Below are positions 55,155-64,000 of a DNA stretch of 64,000 bases, in pieces. The notes under the pieces were generated by a model. The model saw only the letters and a list, made by a program, of their open reading frames with translations, was not told the origin of the DNA and searched no databases. The first letter of the stretch is position 1. Every line of letters begins with the position of its first letter. The stretch comes from Kudoa neothunni (Eukaryota; Animalia; Cnidaria). The translations under genes were made by a program, and so were the position numbers. The stretch covers positions 12,205,553 to 12,269,552 of the forward strand of contig OZ199838.1 in the NCBI GenBank assembly GCA_964304625.1, given 5' to 3'.

Positions 55155-57473
55155 CTTTTCAAAAAAGATAATCGATGAATCACACGCTTGATTTGTTCTA
55201 GAGTTGCTTCGGGAATTTTAAGGTTGCGGTAGCGTCCAACCCAATAACGCAAAATATCTGGATCGATCTATGTACAACGAAAAGTGATTAGAAGCAAGAC
55301 ATTGATAAAATTACCAAAGTGTGGTCGTTCGACAGAACAATAGGCAAAAGAGAGACGGCTCGGGCGCTGTCATCCCCCAAACAATATATATGAAAATGAC
55401 GTACTGCACACTGAGCGAAAGGACCGTTTGAATTGGGTAAGGATGATTGTTGTTGACCATCCGACCCCAGCAACCACAATACAGTCTCCAGAATAAATCG
55501 TTCGTTCACCAAATCAAACTCAGTCGCGAATACTATGTTCAATGTCTATGGAAAGTTGCGAGATCGATGAATGAAAACACAATAATGGGATACCTCGGGG
55601 GTTAAGTGGATATGAATATCTCTAATCATTTTAATGAAGTTGGTGAATGACAACATGTGGGAAGGTTGGTTGATTTCAGGATGGCGCACAAAGCATTGAA
55701 TCACCTCTATAAAAGTGTGGGTTTTGAGGTGAACCTTGTAGGTTGTTCTAGCACTCCAGCCGTAGGTCATAGATATGAGTGTTGACAGTCTGGGCATGTC
55801 ATCACGGAGGTTGAAGAGTGCTTCAAAAACCACTCTCGAATTCAGCGTCTGAGTTTCAGTGCGTAATCGCATAAATTCAAGTATGGCATCTGATGTTTGG
55901 GATCGTTTAAAAATTTTGAACAACTGCGAAGCGACATTATCTGAAAATCCATCAAATATATCTTTGTGTTCGTAGTAAATCTACAAACAATAGTCAGTCA
56001 GTCAGTCAGTCACTTTCATTATTTGTGTAGATGTGGTTGTGTGAATTACTTGAACAATCAAGGGGTCATATTTTGGAAGTTTCCTTTCGACAAGATCACA
56101 CAACAGACTCGGGATCATGTCAGAAGTGACGTACTTTTCATAGAGAAACATCAACAAAAACATAGGAGTGCCGGGATGCATTAGTAATTGATCAATAAAT
56201 CTGGTAGTGGGATTGAAACCTCTTTCACATAATCCAAACATCGTGTTTGATAACTGCTCGAAATCATTTTTACGCAATAAATTTGAAAGTAATTCATGCG
56301 CACTTTCATCAGACATCTGAGAGGTATTGTTAGTAGTCAAAAGTTGGGCAACTTTCAACAACTTATCAATACCTCCTTCCCCGATGTTAAGTGCATCTCT
56401 GATAAGATCTAGAGGTTGTTTGATGTTGTTGGAAACAGTGGAGGGAAAGGTGTTATGATAATTGTTGTTCGTGGTTGGCACTGCTCTCGTATAATTATTT
56501 GGACCATTTCGATCCAAAACATCATGCAATCTTGAAAGAGCACTGTGATGTGATGCATTATGTCCTGAGAGGTGTTTATGCGGCGACTCACTGTAGTCCA
56601 AAGGACAGTGCGCTAGATGTGGTGAGTGACTTCTAGGTATGTCATATCTTGCATCAGCAAATGAGTGCCTGTTTCTCATATTTATATCGCGCGGATTATA
56701 ATAATAGCGAGGATTCGAAATTAAAGGATCATCATGACAGTAACGACGTCGATCTATATTAAAAGAATTTTTTAAGCAATTTAAAACAAACAATTTATTT
56801 CAATTATATTAGGATAAGGAAGACAACAACAAACGGAATAGTGAAATGAAATCTATTTCGCGTATAACAAACGAATACGTTGGCCAACAGAATATCATAA
56901 CCGGAAGGAATTATAATTTTTTCAAAAACGACGAAATTAAAATAATGTATAAATCAAGCATTAAGATGTTTCAAAAGGGAAACGCTGGAAGATTAAATAA
57001 TTACAAGAAAAGATGAAAAATGAATTTCAATATTCAAAAAGAATAAAAACCCCCTAATTTTAGTCAAAGCCAGTATGAGAAGAATAACTAACATTTTAAC
57101 AACCGGAATCTACTATTTCCAACAACAAAAAACCACTTACGCTCTCCATCAAAAATCTCATCCGACCTTCCATTGAAATGGTGATGCTCCAAAGAAACGG
57201 ATTGAAAGGTTCGCTTTCTAGTAGGGATTGTGGTTTTAGAACGTTTAAGTTTTTTCTTTTTATATTTATCAGATGATCTGTTAAGTGGATCATTCTCATT
57301 AGAGGGTGCAGCGTGCGTGGAATGCTCATCCATTGATCTATTGGTACTACGATGAAACAAATTGAATAACTGTATCGAGAAGTGACTTATCACCTCAACT
57401 GTATAACATCATCGTTGCCATAGTCCGACAGTTGGCCATCGCTAAGGGAAATTTGGTCGTCTACCTCACTCAT
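55155..57473 (-). CDS. hypothetical protein: disordered NLS-bearing N-terminus plus helical-repeat-like C-terminal region
   Basis: Long same-strand ORFs (263, 125, 84 aa) joinable by GT-AG introns; MSEVDDQISLSDGQL..KYKKKKLKR; 3' end uncertain. Confidence 0.6.
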
Positions 57474-58520
57474 TTCCAGCAACAGTCACGAGGTGTTTTA
57501 CCCTTATTGCATTAATCCATTGCTGTCATTTGGCGGCTTAATTTAAAATCCATGAATCCTCCACATGATTATTCTTTGTTAAATCCTAATATTTATTGAT
57601 GTTTCCAGAATGGAGTATTTTATTATATGCTTGTTTATGATTGAATAAATGTGTTTTTTAGAATAGAAAAATTTAATAACACATTCCGAGTTTGTTTTTT
57701 ATCATGATTGATATCAGTCGTGAATACTCGGATGGCTTTAACTGCACGTTTGTGCTAATAATAATATTCCCTGTTTTGTTATTTTCCAATTTTTAATACC
57801 AAAATTGAATATCAATATAGTAAATTTTATTTTTATTCCTCAGTGTAGTCTATAAAATCTTTTAATTTGGCCACGTGTTTTGTTCCGTTGGTTAGATTCA
57901 AGTATTACCCTTTAATACTTATCAACAGCAATGAAAACACACTTTTAAATTAATAGAAAATCATTTTTTTTTCAATATTTTTCCGAATAGAATAATTTTC
58001 AGCTATTTTTTAAAACGAAAAATTTGATATCGTTGTTATAAATAAATAAATAAAAAAAATTTAAGAAAGGTAAATTTTATGCAATGGATTCAATCATAAT
58101 ACTACTAATAATAATAATGAGATTTGGATGGTTAGATTGATTAAAACTAAATAAACAGCTGCATAATAATGCATATGGTCGAGTCTTGAAATAAACATTG
58201 GACTTTCCAACAGTCGGGGTCAACAAAATCAAATTATTATTAGGATTTGAAATTGAGGAGAGAGGTTACTTCTAAAATCAAAACTCTAAAATTATGTTTT
58301 ATGAAATAACGAAAGAGTACAAAGAAACCAACAAATTAATAAGACAACATGAGATGGATGTAAACATATGAACCTTTTAATTAAAACCAAAAAGAAGTTA
58401 ACTTAACGGTTACCTTTCGGCCAATGGTTGAACAGTTAAACTGTGTAATTCATTCATTCATTCATTCAACGTTTGGCTTTTTAATAAAAAAGTTAAATAT
58501 GGTGTACAAATTAGTTAGAC

Positions 58521-58672
58521 CAGCGCTTTCCAACTGGGGATGCGAGATTCGACCACAACGATAATTTTTGAAAAAATTTTGAGGGAGCTACGCCTTGTCA
58601 TATGCAGAAGGGATGAGGATTTCATTTCGTCGTCAAAAATGTGTGCGATTCCAAATTTAGTTGGAAGCTCTG
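58521..58672. mobile_element. 152-bp hAT MITE
   Basis: CAGCGCTTTCCAACT / AGTTGGAAGCTCTG; flanks agttagac / agttagat. Confidence 0.7.
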
Positions 58673-58710
58673 AGTTAGATCAATTATTTAAGAGAGAAAC
58701 TCCGATTTGG

Positions 58711-59288
58711 TTAAACTAGAACCGAAGACATATGTTGAATGGTATACGAATATTCAACATGAAAGAAAATATCAATATGTTCTATTAGAAGAGCGTCTCT
58801 ATATTTGGGATGCAGAGATATCATGATTGGACAAGCCTTAAGAACACAAATTCATATATAAATTCTCTCAAATGACCATGAGACAATATTCTACGATATT
58901 TTGTGTACGTGCGATCCACGAATTACACCTTAGGATCGCCGTTTTAAATACCAACCATCTGACATCAAAATCGTGAATTTTTAAAACTATCTAGAGGTGT
59001 TAATGGAGATAATGAGTTTAAGATTATAATGGAAAATGTCGAGTTTTATCATCCCAACAAGAATTATACGATAACTACAACCGCGGAGTTCATTATTTGA
59101 AAAGATAAAGTACCTCTTAAAAATTGCGAAAAAGTCTTCTCAAATATAATTGAGAATTCGCAGTTATGATCCTCCGATGTAAAATCATGTCTTCCACAAT
59201 GAATGACAGTTACCGAACTTAGTCTCATTACAATATTTAAACAAGGACATTTAACATCGAAACATTTATAGGATAATACCTCACTCAT
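58711..59288 (-). CDS. small hypothetical protein (~140 aa, 3 exons), divergent from DBR1
   Basis: MSEVLSYKCFDVKCPCLNI.. joinable via two GT-AG introns to TAA at 58711-58713; no recognised family. Confidence 0.4.
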
Positions 59289-60085
59289 GCTTTAATATGC
59301 CGAAAAAAAAATAAAGCAATGTTAGAGAGATGATCCCTAGGATGACAATTAGGCGAGCTTGAGGGAGAGTTATCATAGATATAAAGCTGTGTATTTTTAC
59401 GTTTAAATTATTTCATTATTTGCAATATTAAAGTTATTCTTTTATATTTGTTGGGTCTAAACGTCAACAGTCCAAGTTGGTCCAATACATCAGCTTTTAG
59501 TGCAAACCCACAGAAAATCTCCTTAAATTCAAATATTTGGCCAAATTCTAGCTTGGGTGAATGTGCACACATTCATTAACCCTAATGGCTAACCATTGGA
59601 TTCACGCGTACACCTTTCAATTATTTTGCAGTAAAACTTGATAAAGTTTGGATAGTTTCCCCAAAAGTTTAACTAATTTTATTATGTCAGTCTATAGATA
59701 AAACTTTTAAAAAAAAAAGGGTGAAATTGCGCCGAATATACATAAAATATAACGAGTTCAACAACAAAATTTATAAACATAATAATATAAGGATGGACGC
59801 GTCTAGCCAAAATTTATCTTTTAGAGGTTGACTGATATAAACCAGCAACGCGGCGCATAACTGGACATCGTACAGTGGAAAACCCGTTTGGCGCACTTTC
59901 CAGTACACATGCGTGACGTTAAAGTTTTATGTTAAGCTTTTTTATCTCGGTTTTTTCAAAAACTGTTTTGTAAATACTTCTATAATAAATAGAAAAACTG
60001 TTCTTTCGTTTTGAACATGTTTATTTAAAATTTTAACATAAATTCTGCTCAAATTGTTGTGTTCCCAAATCTCATAAAAAATAAG

Positions 60086-60097
60086 TGCGCGTGCGCA
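60086..60097. promoter_or_regulatory. NRF1-type palindromic site TGCGCGTGCGCA
   Basis: Matches the YGCGCAYGCGCR consensus on the minus strand, ~37 bp upstream of the DBR1 ATG in very AT-rich DNA. Confidence 0.5.
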
Positions 60098-60133
60098 TAT
60101 AAACTGAAATCCATCTTATTTTTTAACGACTCG

Positions 60134-61466
60134 ATGGATAGTAAAAATCGTGTAAATATTGCAATTCAAGGATGCTCGCACGGGGAGTTGGACAGAATTT
60201 ATCGAGAAGTTGCATCATTGGAAGAAAAAAACAATTGCAAAATAGATCTCCTTTTGTGTTGTGGTGATTTTCAGTCGATACGAAATCATGCAGATTTAGC
60301 CTGTATGGCAGTACCTGAGAAGTATAAGAGAATTGGTGATTTTCAAAAATATTATTCAGAAGAAGTGAAAGCTCCAGTGACAACTGTTTTTGTGGGTGGC
60401 AATCACGAAGCGTCAAATTATCTTTGGGAGTTACCATACGGGGGTTGGGTAGCTCCTCGCATATTCTATATGGGTTATGCCAATCGAATTATCTATAAGG
60501 GGATACGTATAGGAGGTGTGTCGGGTATATACAAAAGTTACAGTTATAATTGGAATCATTTCGAGAGACCTCCATTCACCTCTGAAACTCTGCGGTCTTT
60601 TTATCACAGTAGACATATGGACAAATTTCGGCTTGGGTTGTTGTCATCTGGAACTACAGACATATTTGTTTCACATGATTGGCCAACAGACGTGTATAAT
60701 TTTGGCGACATGGGTTGTTTGTTGCGTTGGAAACCATTTTTCAAGGACGAAATATCAAAAAATATATTAGGGGACCCAAATAAGTACGACTTGTTGAAAA
60801 AGCTTTCACCAAAGTATTGGTACTCGGCTCATTTACATTGCGATTTCGAGGCCAGAATACCTGTGTCGAATGACCAACAGTGCACTTCATACACTGAATT
60901 TTATTCTCTTGATAAATGTCGATCAAAAAAACGTCCTCTTAAGTTATTATCCATTGAGTTAACTGAATCGCAGTTATCAGCTTATACGGATGATAGTTTG
61001 TATTATGACTTACAATGGTTGGCCATTCTTAAAAAAACGCAGTCACTTTTCCCATCCACCGTTGACAAATATAAGCCCGCCATCCCATCTGATGAATGTG
61101 CAAAAGGTTACGCCCCTACGGCCGAAGATATTGCTGAGGTTTTATTTTTCGCTGATTTTATAGGGATTTCATTTTATTTTTGGTTAGGTGACAACTCTGC
61201 TTCGCGGCGAAGTGAAAATTCCAACAAATTTCAAACCGAGTGTTATGTATGAAAGGGATGGTGATACAGTGAATACAGTTAAAATGCAAGACGTGTATCC
61301 TCTAGTCAACTTTCAAACGGTCGAGTTTTGTGAGAAGCTTCAAATCGATAACCCTTGCTGTCTGGCACCTCCTCCTGCAGAGGTTGTCAATGATGACCTC
61401 AGATTAACTTCTAATGAACCTCTTGAAAAAATTGCGTCTAATCCTGATGAAATTGATTTATCATAG
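60134..61466 (+). CDS. DBR1: RNA lariat debranching enzyme
   Basis: GCSHG, CGDFQSIRN, GGNHEASNYL..YGGWVAP, SHDWP, SAHLH, ALDKC-like SLDKC; one intron at 61139-61187; C-terminal NPDEIDL. Confidence 0.95.
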
Positions 61467-61701
61467 AGCTTAGCTTTGTACGATTAAATTTTTGAGTTTT
61501 GAACTTTTTTTAATTTTGTTGTATTGTGTCACTTTCTCATAATTCTTATAAAATTTTATATTTTTGCCAATTTATTACTGCGCAATTATTAAAATCAGTT
61601 CTCAACTTGTAATCGAATAAATAATCAATAATATTGATAAATTTATTTTATTTGGCTTTGTTTTTTGTTAGTATAAGCCAATTCCAATAGGTTTGATCGA
61701 T

Positions 61702-64000
61702 CTACTTGTTAATTAGTTGTCGGAGAATTGAACTAGAAATTACTTCAATGTCCATTGTATCAATGTTAGGTTTGTGTTCCAGCAATCCTCCAACCAAGAT
61801 TGTTTCTTTGAGAAAGTTGAGGATATTTTTCTTCTGTGAAACCAAGTCTCTACTCACACATAATTTTTCCTTTGAAGTAGTCATGATGAGATAAATTACT
61901 TTATTTCAAATTTATTTTCAATGGACTTTAGTATCACTTCATTTGTGTTGATAACTTTATTGTAATTTTGTTGCGTTATATCACACAAGGATAGAGAACC
62001 GTGGATCTTTGACTGCGTACAAAAATCATAATAAAGGTAATTATAATGAAATGAGAATAATTACACATCGAAGCTGGTCATGATTCTTCAAAAGATAATA
62101 AAATAAATATTCACGACCTACATCAAACCAAATTTTGCCACAATGCATTTTTATGTTTTTCTTATTTTGATAAATATTACCGAAATTTGAGTAGCTAATG
62201 TGATGGTTGATGATCTTGAGAAACAGTGTGAGTAAGCAGAAATTTTTTTTCGAAAATTTTGTTATCTACAAAAATTCAACAATAAAATTGTCTATAATCG
62301 AATATACGTTAAATAAGCGGAAAATCGAGCACATATACAATTCGGTTAACCTAACGATATATGGAGAAACTATAATGAATTATTTAATTAGATCTCATTG
62401 CATGTCACCATTAATACCGTTGTGTATGAAAATGAAGAATTTTTCTTGATACTCCGGTGGAACATATTCATAACTATTGGCCAATATCTACGGATAGTAA
62501 ATAGATTAATTACAAATTATTTATTCTTTTTTATCAAAAAAAATGATATAATATTCCCCAATTTCTATAAAGCCAAAAATATACCTCGATTATTGCTTCA
62601 AAAATAAACCCTGTTCTTTGACTAAAAACCTTTTTACTTCTTAAGCCATTGGCAGGGATTCGGTTATTAATTTTAACGGCTAACACAGAATTAATATCAA
62701 ACATTCGAGATACAATAAGTAATACCGAATACTCTATTGGTGCTTAATTTTACAAATATTTGGACACAGAGGTCAATAATTGAGGTTTTTTCAAGCTTTT
62801 TGGGGACACTGTCATAATCCGAAGGTAACACATTCGTTTGACATTCAATTACACACAACAAATAATAAATAAATTGTTCCAGTTGATTGCTAGTAGAAAT
62901 TTTCATTTGGAATATCTAAATGATCATTTAAATAACGAAAAATTCTAAAATTAATCATTTGATTCTATTTATTAGTATTTTTTAAATAAAATTATTATGA
63001 ATCAAAATATTTGAGTATGTATGGTTTTACATGTTTTTTCGAAAATAATTTGATAAACAATTTTTTAATTAATAACATTTTGAATTATAAAAATTGAGAT
63101 ATTCTTATATACATGAATATACAATTGAATTGCGTATAATTTTTAAATAACAATAATACTGAGAATCAATATTAAATCATTAAAAAAATAAAGAACTACT
63201 TTACTATGGCAGACCAAAAGCCCAATAAATGTGGTGATTGGCCATTGAAGCAATTGTCCGTCAGGATAGATATGCAAATGACCCATCTAAATAAATAACT
63301 CTAATTAAGATATAAAAGTTCAACCACTTACAAAACTAGCCTTTTTCAACAATTCAACTACACATCCCACAATAGGGTATGTATTCTAAAATATTCATCT
63401 CAATAAATAAAAAGATGATTATTTATTAGTATTCGTTTACCTGGAATTTACACATTATATCCACAATCGATATTTGGTTGTTAGGGGAGTTCTAGTTGAA
63501 TGAGAGAGTTTTTAATAAAACATTTTCAATATTGAAACCGTTACATTTGTACCCAATGCAAGTTTATTAGTGTACACGATAGAGTAAGACAAATAGTTGA
63601 TCGTTGATCGTATCAATTTTTTCGGTTGAGTACCATAATGTAAATGATAAAATCTAAATAATTATTTTAAACTGATTTCTACTTAATATAGGTCAAAATT
63701 ACGGATAACTCCAATATTTATTTCTACCATTATTTGCTGATCCCAGAACAATATTTTCCAAAATCAAATAAACAAAGTGATGATATCTATTGTCGTAGAG
63801 AGTCAGTATGTTTTTGTCACAAACAACTACTTATTTTTAGGACCAAAATAGTTGGTGATCCATCTGTTGAGTGACTTAGATGATGTCTCGTCAAAGTTAA
63901 ATTCCTCACACACAATCACTCCCAATATCTTCTCCAGACTGCTCACATATTTATACATCAAATGATCCAGTGTGTGTGAGGCATTTCTCTCAATCAACTG
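61702..64000 (-). CDS. 3' part of a multi-exon hypothetical gene (5' end outside window)
   Basis: Series of short minus-strand coding segments bounded by GT-AG (e.g. QLIERNASHTLDHLMYKY.., NQLEQFIYYLLCVIECQ..); family not recognised, 3' end approximate. Confidence 0.5.

Noticed and set aside
60059-60133. N-terminal extension of DBR1 in the ORF track
   Set aside because: It begins at a non-ATG codon and spans the promoter motif; homology starts at ATG 60134.
1-64000. Alternative genetic code or non-canonical introns to explain the fragmented ORFs
   Set aside because: Every conserved gene that could be spliced resolves with GT-AG introns and the standard code.
1-64000. Functional cluster of RNA and stress genes (IRE1, INTS8, DDX49, eIF2B-delta, DBR1, AARSD1)
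   Set aside because: Mixed strands and long TE spacers; housekeeping genes are expected to dominate a reduced genome.
1-64000. CRISPR arrays, rRNA, tRNA or prokaryotic operons
   Set aside because: None seen; the sequence is intron-rich eukaryotic DNA.

Overview
AT-rich eukaryotic genomic DNA read in the standard code. The gene set is metazoan (INTS8, band-4.1 FERM, BARD1/BRCA1-like) but the proteins are very diverged and split by many 38-70 nt GT-AG introns. This fits a reduced parasitic animal such as a myxozoan cnidarian (inference, not proven). Manual splicing gives about 13 protein-coding genes: IRE1-like, INTS8-like, an LRR protein, a BARD1/BRCA1-like protein, LPLA2/LCAT-like lipase, AARSD1, a FERM-Tudor protein, DDX49, eIF2B-delta, DBR1 and three orphans. 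Between them lie decayed DNA transposons: Buster-type hAT MITEs with nnnTAnnn target duplications, an Ac-like hAT transposase, Tigger/pogo, Merlin, Helitron, foldback and an LTR remnant. Several of these are nested. The strongest signal is an IRE1 that has lost every kinase catalytic motif but kept the luminal domain, the TM helix and the RNase catalytic residues, i.e. a probable pseudokinase-RNase. Also notable are a ~350-aa ankyrin-less RING-BRCT-BRCT protein and a FERM-tandem-Tudor fusion. Exon structures were derived by eye and some boundaries are approximate.
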